A DNA stretch of 64,000 nucleotides from Eledone cirrhosa (GCA_964016885.1 OZ024740.1:201872001-201936000); one strand, 5' to 3'. Shown: positions 16,424 to 35,766, numbered from the stretch's first letter. Program-made: numbers and translations. The notes: a model not told the origin generated them from the letters alone.

Positions 16424-17235
16424 TAGAAGTGAGACCTGGGTGCTATGTGCAGGGGACCTGTGAAGAAATGAAGATGGTATGCTTCAATGGATATGTAATA
16501 GAAATATACATGACCAACAAAGCATAAATGAACTGAGAGAAACTCGGCATAAGAGGGATCAGATGCAATGTACAGGAGAGGAGATTGCATTGGTATGGAC
16601 ATGTGATGTATATGCTGGATGACACCTGTATAAAAGGGTGCAAGGCATTCAAAGTTGTTGGAAGCTATGGAGTAGGAAGACATTGGAAGACTTGGGATGA
16701 GATGATAAAAGCTGACCTTGCACAATTACCCCTCTCAAAAGTGATGACACAAGATTGAGATTTCTGGCGTTATGCAGTAATACAAAAGGCCCACCTTCCT
16801 ATGTGCATAGGTTGAAGCATACATCTAGTATGCACTACTCTCCCTTACCTTCCCTTTTCTATACAACTCCAATGCCTTAACACCTCTCCTTTGATCCACA
16901 CCTCACCTGATAAGTACCTCACCTGATAAGTACCTCACCAATCACCATTCACCTCACCCACCGCCGTCCACACTGTAATGTGGTTATGTAGGTGTCACAA
17001 CAAAAAACACCCAGCCCACACTGTAAAGTGGTCGCGTAGGTGTCACAAGAAAAAACAGCCAGTACACACTGTAAGTGTGGTTGGTGTTAGGAAGGGCATC
17101 CAGCTGTAGAAACCAAGCCAAAATCAGTCCAGTGAGAGCAGGACAGTTATCAGCTCTGGCTTGGCTCACATCTGGACAGCTCGTCTAACCCATGCTAGCA
17201 TGGAAAAATTGATGTTAAACAGTGATAATGATGAA
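16424..17235 (+). mobile_element. Decayed RTE LINE 3' fragment with long 3' UTR
   Basis: SETW..., IRGIRCNVQERRLHWYGHVM; UTR with ggaagggcatccagctgtagaaa and terminal stem-loop plus degenerate (GAT)n. Confidence 0.85.
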
Positions 17236-19908
17236 GATATATATATATATGCACATGTATGTGTGTGTATGATAATGGGAAGATGCAAAAGTAATGTCTG
17301 CTGCACTATGTTGTCACAGTGCCAACATCAGACCTATATGATATCTAATAGACAATAAGACGAATTTAGAAATCATTAGATTTACAATCTAGATACATTC
17401 CTACACAAGATGCTGTAAACAAAGAGCTGAACAAAGGATTGTGTTACTCATTAAGTATAACACACCATCTATTGTTAACTCTTTCATAGCCTTATTTCTA
17501 ATGAAAGACACTACCTATAATTTTCAAATCATTTTGAAAATAATCAAGGATTTGGAGGGATTAAGTAATATCACTTTTTCATTGTATAGCTGGAGTCTGG
17601 AACATAACAGGTTCTTACATAGAATTGTTAGGTGTTTAGATAAATATAAATACTTTAACCATTTCGTTACCATATTTCTAATGCAAGAGACTGCCTCATT
17701 TTGAAGATAATGATGAATTTGAAGGAGTTTCTCATTAAGCTGGGGTTTTGAACATAACTTAAGAACTAAATTCTACAATGAAGAATATTTTACAAACAAC
17801 ATAACAATAATCTCATTGCAATAAATAATACAAATAATATTTATATATTTCTTATATATTTCTTTCAATGTTGTCCTATTTTTTTTTTTACATCTGGATG
17901 TAAAGATACATTATTAATAGGTTGTTTTACTGATCTGTTTCCATATTAGTACCAATAATGTACTGGGTGATTGCTGGCCTTGTGCCAAAAATAGAAACAA
18001 TCATAGTCAACTGCATATATTTACAAACAAAAATCGAGAGGCGGGGAGAATGAAGAAAATGGGGCATGGTGGCTCTGTATTGACTATAATGTTAAACAAT
18101 ACAATAAGTACTAAAAATATGTCAACTGTTTTACTGTTATCAATGAAAGATAACTGGATATATTTCACAAAAAGAATGTACCTTTAATACATTGAGCACC
18201 TGATAAATTGTATTTAACATTCCTATATTGTTGAATTTAGAAGCCTCGGCCAAAGTTTAAGTTTTCAAACTGATAGTTAAAAAAAACAAAAAAAACTCAA
18301 ATGCTTTGGATAGAATGCCTAGCAGTATTCATTCTCATTATCTGTGCTTCGAGTTCAAATTTCACCAAGGTCAACTTTGCTTTTCTTCCTTTCATAGGGT
18401 CAATAAAATACCAGTCCAAAAGAATGGATTGGCAGAATTCTTAGAATGTCTGTTCTAGTTCTTTGCATTTTGAGTTTTAATTTTATACAAGAACCATTTG
18501 TTATGTTACAAATACCATCATAGTGATTTTAGTAGGTTCTTCCAAATTCTTCATTAACTAACTGAAATACATTGCATTTCAGTAGAAATATGGTCATAAA
18601 AGGGTTAATGATAGTGAATACACATGGCCTAGAGGTTAGGCTATTGGACTCGTGATCATATGGCCATGGATTTGATTCCTGGACCAGATGACACATTGAT
18701 TGTATTCTTAAGCAAGACTTAATTTGATGTTTTTCATGAAAACACCTACAAAACCTCTGATGTGATGCAACCTCATAGGGAGCTAGCTAAACCTACAGGG
18801 GCATCAGTTGTCAATATTATTCCATCTCATTGATTGTGGCTTTAGTCCTGTCATGTTAGCATTTCATTGGGAGCAGGAAGTAGGATTTGAACTTAGAATG
18901 CACAGAGCCGAAACTGATACCACACCAATAATTCTATTAATCCAACAATGTTATTTTATCACCCTCAAAATAATTGTTTCTACTTTAGGCACAAGGCCAG
19001 CAATTTGAAGTGGCGGGGAAAATCGATTAAATCAGCCCCAGTGCATTACTGGTGCGTTATCGACCCCGTAAGAATGAAAGGCAAGCTAACCTAGGCAGGA
19101 TTTGAGCTTAGAACGAGGTCGTAACTCTATGCTGCAAAACAGTGTCTGACATAATGAAAAGTAAGTTGAGCTCAGCAGGATTTGAACTCAGAATGCAGAG
19201 AGCTGGAACAAATACCAAAAGGTAATTATTTAATTTGTTGCAAGTCTTCTGTTAAGTCACAGCCAAATGTTATGTACAAAATCCCTGAACACCTGAAGGA
19301 GGTAAATCTTGCTGTACTATGAACTGGCCAAATCATCATTCAACCACACCCCTATAGCAAACAATTTCAGGAGGATAAATTTAAGAGTATCTACCAGTCA
19401 TTGTATCAAATAAGGTCACTAGAACAGTGGATTGGTAGGACAGACAGACGATTTCCAGTATTTCTTCTGGCCCTTTATGTTCTCGTTGCCAAGGTCAACT
19501 TTGCCTTTATCCTATTATGGTTAATAAAATAAAGTACCAGTGAAGCATCAGGTTGATTTTATCAAATTGCTGGCCTTGTGCCTAAATTAGAAACCATTAA
19601 ATCAAATAAAGTCACCCAACGATGGGATTGTAAAAAAAAAACAAAAAAAAAAACAGCATTTCATGACCTTATTTCTGATGGAATACACTACCTATGTATT
19701 TTAAATAATTTTGAGGAAAAAAAATGTATGATGATAGGGTAGGATGATAGGGTGCTTATTTGGGGATGTTACGTTGTCGCGAGGATAAGCCGGTTCAAAC
19801 GATCCAAAAGCACTTCACATCAGTAGTTTATCGCAGCTAAAAGTTGGTGATTAGGAGTGACTGAGTATTAACAACTTTTAATTAATATATATATCATGTA
19901 CTAATATA

Positions 19909-20132
19909 TGGCTTAGTGGTTAGAGCGTCGGGCTTATAATCACGAGGCTGTGAGTTCGATTCTCGGACCGGGCTTTACGTTGCTCCAGTTGCAATGTCAC
20001 TGGTGCCAAGCTGTATCGGCCATTGCCTTTCCCTTGGACAACATCGGTAGCGTGGAGAGGGGAGACTGGTATGCCCGGACTTGCGCATGGGAGGGGAACT
20101 TTCTAGGTTCAAATCCCATGGTCATTCTTTAA
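19909..20132 (+). mobile_element. tRNA-derived SINE (third family)
   Basis: A box TGGCTTAGTGGT, B box GAGTTCGATTC; related heads near 18625 (+) and 7700, 14100, 36790, 43110 (-). Confidence 0.7.
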
Positions 20133-20840
20133 CCATATATATATAATATACTCGAGTAATAGTCGATCTCATGTAAAAGTCGACCCCCTAATTCGGGCGA
20201 GAAAATCTTCGATAGACCTCGTATACAAGTCAACAATTGTGGTTCAAGGTCTCACCCAGTACGTAGAAATAACACTTACAAAATCATCATGATTGCTAGT
20301 TGTGGTGTATTTCAACTTCTTTCAATTTTGCTATTTAAATCCTTAAGTTGCACTGAATTATAAATAAAAACGCAGTACTAATATACTGTATCATAACACA
20401 CCTGTGATGTGTTTATTTTAACGACGAATATGAAAATAATGTGGTTGGAGAGTTGTGATGCGGAACACACTGAACAAGTATCGGCCATGTGCACAGTATT
20501 ATGGTAGGTAGTGGCATACCGGTAGATATATTAGCCATGGTAATATACAGTAATTATGAGATATAAATTGATTGCACTAAGATAGTCTGTTAAGTATGAT
20601 AGATACAAGTAAAAGAGCGAATGTAAATATTTATAAGAGCTCCGCAGCCTTGTTTATGGATTTTCTTATTTACTAGGACGTGTGTTTTGATGCATAGATT
20701 CAGTAATATTACTGTAATGCATTGCTTTTATTCGCTTCGGAATCAGTTGGGATTCTGTTACTGATACGGTACTTTGGATTCCAAGCCCTTCCAAAGTAGT
20801 ATCCATGTAATAGCCGGTCCCATAAATATATATATACATA

Positions 20841-20925
20841 CAGGGTGTCCCCAAAAATGTATACACATGTATTGGAATGCTGTTGAAGAGTGTATACATT
20901 TTTTTTTGGGGGGGGGGGCACCGTG
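20841..20925. mobile_element. Tiny Tc1/mariner-type MITE
   Basis: TA|CAGGGTGTCCCCAAAAATGTATACAC ... GTGTATACATTTTTTTTTGGG...GCACCGTG imperfect TIRs. Confidence 0.6.
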
Positions 20926-21379
20926 TGTATGTATGTATATATATACGATATACACATACACACTCGAAAGACAAGTCATGAGTGATTTTGGAAGATAGAT
21001 ATTTTAAAAAAACAAATGTATAATCCCAGTCTGTTCAGCAAGAAAGAAAAAAAATAATCAAATTATGATTAACAGAACAGCAACAACAACCACCGCTCTA
21101 TATTAACAATGTTATGTAGAAAAGAGTGAGAAACACACACACACGTATATATATATATATAAAATACAAACTGAATAGACCTGTCTACTAAAGTTTGGCT
21201 CCAGTCTATTACAGCAGAGGGAGTGGGCGGAGGGAGGTGAAGGAAGCGGCGTCGGTGGGCGGTGGGCTTTTCGTTATGTCAAGGGAGTGTCTGTGTACTT
21301 TGTGTTAACCGACAGTACGGGGGTGTTTGTGGAAAGAACGTGGCCCTAGGTTTCGACTGAAAGATAGACACTAAGCAGA

Positions 21380-23995
21380 CTACACACACATTTTTTTATA
21401 TATATACGACATATGTATGTGTCGTGTGTATGTGTATATGATATGTGTGTGTGTCATGTGTATATAGTATGTGAGTAGTATACTGTATACAGTATGAGTG
21501 TGAGTATGTGTATACAGTATGTCGTGAGTCGTATGTGTATACATAGTACAGAGTATGAGTATATATGTAGAGTGTGTGTATATATGAGTGTATATATATA
21601 TATACCTCAGTAGTATATATATACACACTAGTGAGTGTATATATAGTGTAGATAGTATATATCATATAGTGAGTCAGTATATATATATACACACAGAGAG
21701 TATATATATATACTCGTGAGTAGTATATATACACACACAGATATATATATACACACACATATATATATACACACACATATATATAGTGAGTACACTCATA
21801 TATATATGTGTGTCGTGAGTATATATATATCGAGCTAGTGTGTGTATATATACTCTCGAGTGAGTGTGTATATATCATATAGTGTGTAGTGTATATATAT
21901 ATCGTCAGTGAGTGTTTATATATATAGAGTAGAGTATATATATACTACAGTATATATAGTATATATATACTCATATATATATATAACACACAGTATATAT
22001 ATATAGAGCTCTCACATATATATATATAGAGACACATATATATATATGAGACGTATATATATATATACTAGAGTATATATATATACACAGAGTATATATA
22101 TATAACAGCATATATATATATATATACACACATATATATATATATACACACTACATATATATATATATACACACTAAGTATATATATATACACATATATA
22201 TATATATACACATATATATATATATATACACATATATATATATATACACATATATATATATATACACATATATATATATATACACATATATATATATATA
22301 CACATATATATATATATACACATATATATATATATACACATATATATATATATATACACATATATATATATATATACACATATATATATATATATACACA
22401 TATATATATATATATACACATATATATATATATATACACATATATATATATATATACACATATATATATATATATACACATATATATATATATATATACA
22501 CATATATATATAGTATACACATATATGTATATATATACACACATATATATATATATATACACATATATGTATATATATATACACATATATGTATATATAT
22601 ACACATATATATATATATATACACATATATATATATATACACACATATATATATATACACACACATATATATATATACACACATATATATATATATACAC
22701 ACATATATATATATACACACATATATATATATACACACATATATATATATATATACACACACATATATATATATATACACACATATATATATATATACAC
22801 ACATATATATATATATACACACATATATATATATACACACACATATATATATATACACACACACACACATATATATATACACACATATATATATACACAC
22901 ACACACATATATATATATACACACACACATATATATATACACACACACATATATATATATACACACACACATATATATATATACACACACATATATATAT
23001 ATATACACACACACATATATATATATAAACACACACATATATATATATAAACACACACATATATATATATAAACACACACATATATATATATAAACACAC
23101 ACATATATATATATACACACACACATATATATATATACACATATATATATATATACACATATATATATATATATACACATATATATATATATACACATAT
23201 ATATATATATACACATATATATATATATATACACATATATATATATATACACATATATATATATATACACATATATATATATATATACACATATATATAT
23301 ATATATACACATATATATATATATATACACATATATATATATATATACACATATATATATATATACACATATATATATATATATATATACATATATATAC
23401 ACATATAGTATATATATACACATATATATATATATATACACATATATATATATATATACACATATATATATATATATACACATATATATATATATATACA
23501 CATATATATATATATATACACATATATATATATACACATATATATATATATACACACATATATATATATATACACATATATATATATATATACACACATA
23601 TATATATATATACACACATATATATATATATACACACTATATATATATATATACACACACATATATATATATATACACACATATATATATATATATACAC
23701 ACATATAATATATATATACACACATATATATATATATATACACACATATATATATATACACATATATATATATACACATATATATATATATACACATATA
23801 TACTATATATACACATATATATATATATATACATACACATATATATATATACACAACATATATATATTTATACACACATATAATATATATATATACACAC
23901 ATATATATTTACACACATATATATATATATACACACATATATATATATATACACATACTCTATACCAATATACACACATCTTATATATATACACC
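21380..23995. repeat. (TA)n/(CA)n compound microsatellite, degenerate at its left end
   Basis: Direct reading; regular (TA)nCACA units from ~22130. Confidence 0.95.
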
Positions 23996-24195
23996 NNNNN
24001 NNNNNNNNNNNNNNNNNNNNNNNNNNNNNNNNNNNNNNNNNNNNNNNNNNNNNNNNNNNNNNNNNNNNNNNNNNNNNNNNNNNNNNNNNNNNNNNNNNNN
24101 NNNNNNNNNNNNNNNNNNNNNNNNNNNNNNNNNNNNNNNNNNNNNNNNNNNNNNNNNNNNNNNNNNNNNNNNNNNNNNNNNNNNNNNNNNNNNNN
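23996..24195. other. Assembly gap (200 N)
   Basis: Run of N. Confidence 1.
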
Positions 24196-24905
24196 AGTTC
24201 TATTGAGGACAAGTCGTATTTTAATTATTCTGTCGTTCACTCTATTTACGTCTATTATCTTATCTGCCCACTTTTCTGCTACCATGATTCCTACTCCACC
24301 CAGCCCATCGTCGTTTCCCACCCAGAAAAGCTTATAACAACGTTTTTACCCCTCAATGAACCTAGCAGACCCACCCCTCCACCTGGTCTCTTGAATACAA
24401 CAAACATCGACCTCCTTACGTTCAAGCATTTCTACAACCTCGTTAGCGCGACCCTTTAGGGTGCCTACAGTTATGGTACCAACTCTGAAGTTTTGGATTG
24501 CGTTTGGGGGTTGGGGGGCGGTGAGGGGCGGGGGGCGATGGGGGTTATGTTAGCCGTCCGCGGTCGAAACAATGAGGAGTGCTCGCATTCTCGTCCAAGG
24601 GGTGAATTTGTCTTTATCTTTGGCATTGTCGCTGAGCGTCCAGATTTTTCTCTCTCACCTCCACTCTCCAGGATTCCGCAGTCCATCCATCCATCATATA
24701 TCGTATATCGAAAGGCAACCAGGCAAGCGATAGTATAGGCCTCTGGTTTCTGATTGGTCCGCGTACTAATACTGGTGATACGTGGGGGCTGTTTTATGAT
24801 TGGTCCACGTAATAGCAATGGTGGTGTGTGGGGGTGGGAAGGGAGGGGTGTTGGGTAGCTAGCAAGAAGGTAATGATTGAGATGGGTCTATGCATTTAAC
24901 AAGCG
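24196..24905 (-). mobile_element. RTE LINE 5' end: UTR plus start of APE endonuclease domain (runs into the gap)
   Basis: Minus strand reads FRVGTITVGTLKGRANEVVEMLERKEVDVCCIQETRWRGGSARFIEG*KRCYKLFWVGNDDGLGGVGIMV..NDRIIKIRL (one stop). Confidence 0.9.
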
Positions 24906-24958
24906 ATTAACAAAAATACAAAATTTGTTCAGTTAAATACGTCCAAAAACCTAAACGT

Positions 24959-29968
<5,010 letters not shown>

Positions 29969-30228
29969 CATCATCATCATCATCATCAGGTTAGTGTCCG
30001 TGTTCCACGCTTGCATGGGTTTGGACGGGAGTTTTCCCACTTGAGGCAAGAGTGATTGTCTTGCTCGCATAGGACTGTCTGGCGGGTTTTCTACAGCTGG
30101 ATGCCCTTCCTAATACCAACCACATTTACAGTGTGGGGCTGGGAGGTTTTTACCGTGTTGCCTACACGGCCACATTTACAGCGTGGACTGTGTGTTTTTT
30201 TGTTGTGACACCTACACGATCTCATTTG
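29969..30228 (-). mobile_element. RTE 3' UTR-only copy with (GAT)n tail
   Basis: Reverse complement closely matches 32279-32542 and 51948-52324. Confidence 0.9.
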
Positions 30229-30231
30229 TAT

Positions 30232-30280
<49 letters not shown>

Positions 30281-30291
30281 TATATATATAT

Positions 30292-30322
<31 letters not shown>

Positions 30323-30765
30323 CACTCATATATATATATATACACATACATACTCATATATATATATATATATACACACACTCATATATATATATACACA
30401 CACACTCATATATATATACACACACATACTCATATATATATACACACACATACTCATATATATATACACACATACTCATATATATATATACACACACATA
30501 CTCATATATATATACACACACACTGATATATATATACACACACACACACTCATATATATATACACACACACACACTCATATATATATATATACACACACA
30601 CTCATATATATATATACACACACACACTCATATATATATATACACACACACACACTCATATATATATATACACACACACACACTCATATATATATATACA
30701 CACACATACTCATATATATATATACACACACATACTCATATATATATATACACACACACATACTC
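30229..30765. repeat. (TA)n(CA)n-CTCA compound microsatellite
   Basis: Direct reading; same variant units resume at 32543. Confidence 0.95.
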
Positions 30766-32184
30766 ATCGACCAGGTCATGAAGGTCACGGAAAAAGTAAT
30801 AGCGCAACTAATCAGAGAGAGAATTGATCTAGATGAAATGCAGTTCGGGTTTGTGTCAGGCAAAAGCACCACAGACGCTCTTTTCATAGTACGACAACTA
30901 CAGGAGAAGTACCTAGCTAAAGGTAAACCCCTCTACTTAGCTTTTGTCGACCTGGAGAAAGCCTTCGACAGAGTCCCCCGCTCCATTATCTGGTGGGCTC
31001 TTAGAAAACTAGGCGTTGACGAATGGCTTGTGAGGGCTATACAAGCCATGTATAAAGAAACAGTCAGCAAGGTTAGAATTAACAACGAATATAGTGAAGA
31101 GTTTAGCGTAAAAGTTGGCGTCCATCAGGGCTCTGTTCTCAGCCCCCTACTATTTATTATTGCCCTTCAGGCTATAACAGAGGAGTTCAAGACAGGCTGC
31201 CCATGGGAACTCCTATACGCAGACGACCTGACACTCATAGCGGAATCAATGGCCGAGCTAGAGAAGAAATTCCAAACATGGAAGCTCGGCCTAGAGTCAA
31301 AAGGACTTAAAATTAACCTGGCTAAGACCAAAGTTCTAGTTTGTAGGAAAGAAAACAAGGCGGCGGTCCCTTCTGGGAAATGGTCGTGCTCGGTATGTAG
31401 GAAAGGCGTAGGTAGAAACTCCATCTTATGTCCTAAATGCAAAGTATGGGTGCATAAAAGATGTAGTGGGATCACAGGTAAGCTAACTAAGAACATAGAC
31501 TTTACATGTGGCCGGTGTTCTGGTGCAATAAGTAGCAGCAAGTGCCCACAAAATACTAGCTCTTTCAATTGCGCAGAGGGTTCTATAGAAATAGTGGACA
31601 GCTTCCGTTACCTGGGCGATAAAATCAGCAGTGGGGGAGGGTGCTCTGAAAGTACTGTAGCTAGAGTCAGAACTGGTTGGAAAAAGTTCAGAGAGCTTAT
31701 ACCACTATTAGCTGCTAAAGGGTTCTCCCTAAAAATGAAAGGCAGGTTGTACGATGCCTGCATACGAACAGCAATGTTGCATGGTAGTGAGACCTGGGCA
31801 TTGTGTGCAGAGGATATACGCAGACTAGAGAGGAACGAAGCTTGCATGCTCCGCTGGATGTGTAACAGTAATATACGTGAACGGCAAAGCATAAACGAAC
31901 TAAGGAAAAAATTAGAGATAAGAGGGATCAGATGTTGTTTACTCGAGAGAAGGCTGCGTTGGTATGGACACGTGATGCGCATGAAAGTCGATAGCTGTAT
32001 TACAAAGTGCAGGGCAATAAAGATAGACGGTAGCCACGGAATAGGCAGACCTAGAAAAACATGGGATGAGCTGATAAACTCCGACCTCACACACTTACAC
32101 CTCTCCAAGACAATGTCACTGGACCGTGACCTTTGGCGGTACTCAGTAACAGAGAAGACCCGCCTTGCCAGTAGGCATCTCTAA
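30766..32184 (+). CDS. RTE LINE reverse transcriptase, partial (no start codon), with internal C4HC3 finger
   Basis: [72 protein letters not shown]; no stops over 472 codons. Confidence 0.9.
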   Translation: MDQVMKVTEKVIAQLIRERIDLDEMQFGFVSGKSTTDALFIVRQLQEKYLAKGKPLYLAFVDLEKAFDRVPRSIIWWALRKLGVDEWLVRAIQAMYKETVSKVRINNEYSEEFSVKVGVHQGSVLSPLLFIIALQAITEEFKTGCPWELLYADDLTLIAESMAELEKKFQTWKLGLESKGLKINLAKTKVLVCRKENKAAVPSGKWSCSVCRKGVGRNSILCPKCKVWVHKRCSGITGKLTKNIDFTCGRCSGAISSSKCPQNTSSFNCAEGSIEIVDSFRYLGDKISSGGGCSESTVARVRTGWKKFRELIPLLAAKGFSLKMKGRLYDACIRTAMLHGSETWALCAEDIRRLERNEACMLRWMCNSNIRERQSINELRKKLEIRGIRCCLLERRLRWYGHVMRMKVDSCITKCRAIKIDGSHGIGRPRKTWDELINSDLTHLHLSKTMSLDRDLWRYSVTEKTRLASRHL

Positions 32185-32542
32185 CAAACTACACCCCGTC
32201 CCGCCACCACCCCCACCCCATCCACACCACCCCGTTCTATGTAAAGTTATGTTGGTGCCGCGCCATCCAGGCCGAAACAAATGAGATCGTGTAGGTGTCA
32301 CGACAAAAAAACACACAGTCCACGCTGTAATGTGGCCGTGTAGGCAACACGGTAAAAACCTCCCAGACCCACACTGTAAATGTGGTTGGTGTTAGGAAGG
32401 GCATCCAACTGTATAAAAACTGCCAGACAGTCCTATGCGAGCAAGACAATCACTCTTGCCTCAAGTGGGACTACCCCCGTCCAAACCCATGCAAGCGTGG
32501 AACACGGACGTTAAACGTTGATGATGATGATGATGATGATGA
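30766..32542 (+). mobile_element. 5'-truncated, young RTE-clade LINE
   Basis: Uninterrupted RT ORF, ~335-bp 3' UTR and (GAT)n tail; acacacatactcat on both sides (possible TSD, ambiguous inside the repeat). Confidence 0.95.
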
Positions 32543-33575
32543 CACACACATACTCATATATATATATATACACACACATACTCATATATATATATACACA
32601 CACATACTCATATATATATATACACACACACATACTCATATATATATATACACACACACATACTCATATATATATATATATATACACACACACATACTCA
32701 TATATATATATATATATACACACACACATACTCATATATATATATATATATATACACACACATACTCATATATATATATATATACACATACACGCATACT
32801 CATATATATATATATATATATATACACATACACGCATACTCATATATATATATATACACACACGCATACTCATATATATATATACAGACACGCATATATA
32901 TATATATATACACACACGCATATACATATATATACACACACACGCATACTCATATACATATATACACACGCATACTCATACATATATACACACACATACT
33001 CATATACATATATACACACACATACTCATACATATATACACACATACTCATACATATATACACACACACATACTCATATATATATACACACACACATACT
33101 CATATATATATACACACACACACTCGTATATATATATACACACACACACTCGTATATATATACACACACATACTCATATATATATATATATACACATACA
33201 CGCATACTCATATATATATATACAGACACGCATATATATATATATACACACACGCATATACATATATATACACACACACGCATACTCATATACATATATA
33301 CACACACGCATACATATATACACACACATACTCATATACATATATACACACACATACTCATACATATATACACACACATACTCATACATATATACACACA
33401 CACATACTCATATATATATACACACACATACTCATACATATATACACACACACATACTCATATATATATACACACACACACTCGTATATATATATACACA
33501 CACACACTCATATATATATATACACACACACTCGTATATATATACACACACACTCGTATATATATACACACACTC

Positions 33576-33648
<73 letters not shown>

Positions 33649-33659
33649 CACACACAGTC

Positions 33660-33690
<31 letters not shown>

Positions 33691-34046
33691 TACTCATATA
33701 TATACATATATATATACACACACACATACTCATATATATACATATATATATACACACACATACTCATATATATACATATATATATACACACACATACTCA
33801 TATATATACATATATATATACACACACACATACTCATATATATACATATATATATACACACACACATACTCATATATATACATATATATATACACACACA
33901 CATACTCATATATATACATATATATATACACACACATACTCATATATATACATATATATATACACACACACATACTCATATATATACATATATATATACA
34001 CACACACATACTCATATATATACATATATATATACACACACACATA

Positions 34047-34142
<96 letters not shown>

Positions 34143-34147
34143 TACTC

Positions 34148-34178
<31 letters not shown>

Positions 34179-34210
34179 TACTCATATATATATATATATA
34201 TACACACACA

Positions 34211-34264
<54 letters not shown>

Positions 34265-34265
34265 C

Positions 34266-34304
<39 letters not shown>

Positions 34305-34305
34305 C

Positions 34306-34339
<34 letters not shown>

Positions 34340-34374
34340 TCATATATATATATATATATATACACACACACTCA

Positions 34375-34428
<54 letters not shown>

Positions 34429-34458
34429 TACTCATATATATATATATACACATGCATA

Positions 34459-34516
<58 letters not shown>

Positions 34517-34525
34517 TATATACAT
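32543..34525. repeat. (TA)n(CA)n-TACTCA compound microsatellite
   Basis: Direct reading of sequence. Confidence 0.97.
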
Positions 34526-34848
34526 GCACATAACATAAATACATGTAGTAGTATTGTTTGAAAGGAAGTGATAGGTGTGAACCATAAAAATATTTTCAGC
34601 CAAGACAAACAACGGGATTTATTCCATAAAATGAAATATGTGATGCTTTGTTATAGATACAATTTATACACATACATAGCTTATATAAAGAGAAACCGCT
34701 AGTTTATTACACACACACACATATATATAATATATATATATATACATATATATATATATTATATAATATATATAATATATATATATATATAGAGAGAGAG
34801 AGATAATATATATAATATATATATATATCTATATATATAATATATATA

Positions 34849-35036
34849 ACGAAGGAGGTGTGGTAAGGGACCAGATGTACCATAACGCACCAGAGTACTC
34901 AATACTTAGGGTAGTAGAGTGGGTAATAGGAAAATTTATAACTCCGACGGCAGAGCTCAAGCCGTTTCGACGGCTATTTCTGGACTGAAATAGCCGTCGA
35001 AACAGCTTGAGCTCTGCCGCCGGGGTTATACATTTT

Positions 35037-35041
<5 letters not shown>
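34849..35041 (-). mobile_element. Short fold-back element in (TA)n (family B, copy 1)
   Basis: 55-bp arms 34926-34980 and 34987-35041 (4 mismatches), loop TGGACT, plus a 77-bp unpaired extension homologous to 58548-58624; (TA)n on both sides; strand assigned by analogy only. Confidence 0.75.
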
Positions 35042-35101
<60 letters not shown>

Positions 35102-35229
35102 AGAGAGAGATCGAGAGTGAATTTGGGGGTAACTACAATTAAAAAGGTACTCAATACATTAGTAGAGTGTAAACATCTTTAATATAGATCCCTGATTATT
35201 TCATACGAATGGAGCATTTCTCTATGAAA

Positions 35230-35365
35230 TAATTGTTTCTATTTTAGGCACAAGGCCAGCAATTACCCAGTACATTACTGGTACATTATTTTATCGACCC
35301 CGTAAGGGTGAAAGGCAAAGTTAACCTCGGCTGGATTTGAACTCGGATCGAAAAGGGACGTATTC
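35230..35365 (-). mobile_element. tRNA-derived SINE, 5'-truncated copy of the 10369-10551 family
   Basis: High identity to 10366-10500. Confidence 0.85.
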
Positions 35366-35410
35366 TATATGAAATAATGATATATATATATATATATATA
35401 GAAACACATA

Positions 35411-35766
35411 CAGTGTACCTCGGCATTCGCAGTTATTCGCAGAATTTTCCTCAAAAGCTAACTAATAATTGTTCGTGGAAACCACCGCATATTCGCGGAA
35501 TCGTAAATATATTCCGCGATTTTTTATGTTTTTTTTTCGAGGCTATATATATATATATATTAAAGCTATATTATTAATAGCAATATACCGTATTTGACTG
35601 GCCTTTTGGAATCCCCTTCGCATAAGACGCTCCCTCTTTTTTTATATTTTACGATATATTTTTAACGTTTATAGGTATCTTTACGGAACACGTCCAATAT
35701 TCGCGGTTTTTCGTTATTCGCGGGTGCTCTAGGAACGTAACCCCCGCGAATACCGGGGGGAAACTG
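35411..35766. mobile_element. Tigger/pogo-like MITE
   Basis: TA|CAGTGTACCTCGGCATTCGC ... GCGAATACCGGGGGGAAACTG imperfect TIRs with internal TATTCGCG repeats. Confidence 0.6.

Noticed and set aside
19909-19985. tRNA gene
   Set aside because: A and B boxes are present but there is no acceptor stem or cloverleaf; continues into a repeated SINE body
21325-21382. Possible hammerhead on the minus strand (GTCGAAACCTAGG)
   Set aside because: No CUGANGA-type half, and no helix II or UH site can be assembled
21380-22070. Irregular TA/GT/AG mosaic that might be a distinct satellite
   Set aside because: No consistent period; most likely decayed or low-quality microsatellite sequence
30133-30765. N-terminal extension of the 683-aa ORF suggesting a full-length or fusion RT protein
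   Set aside because: The extension is antisense RTE UTR plus microsatellite read-through; RT homology starts at ~30766
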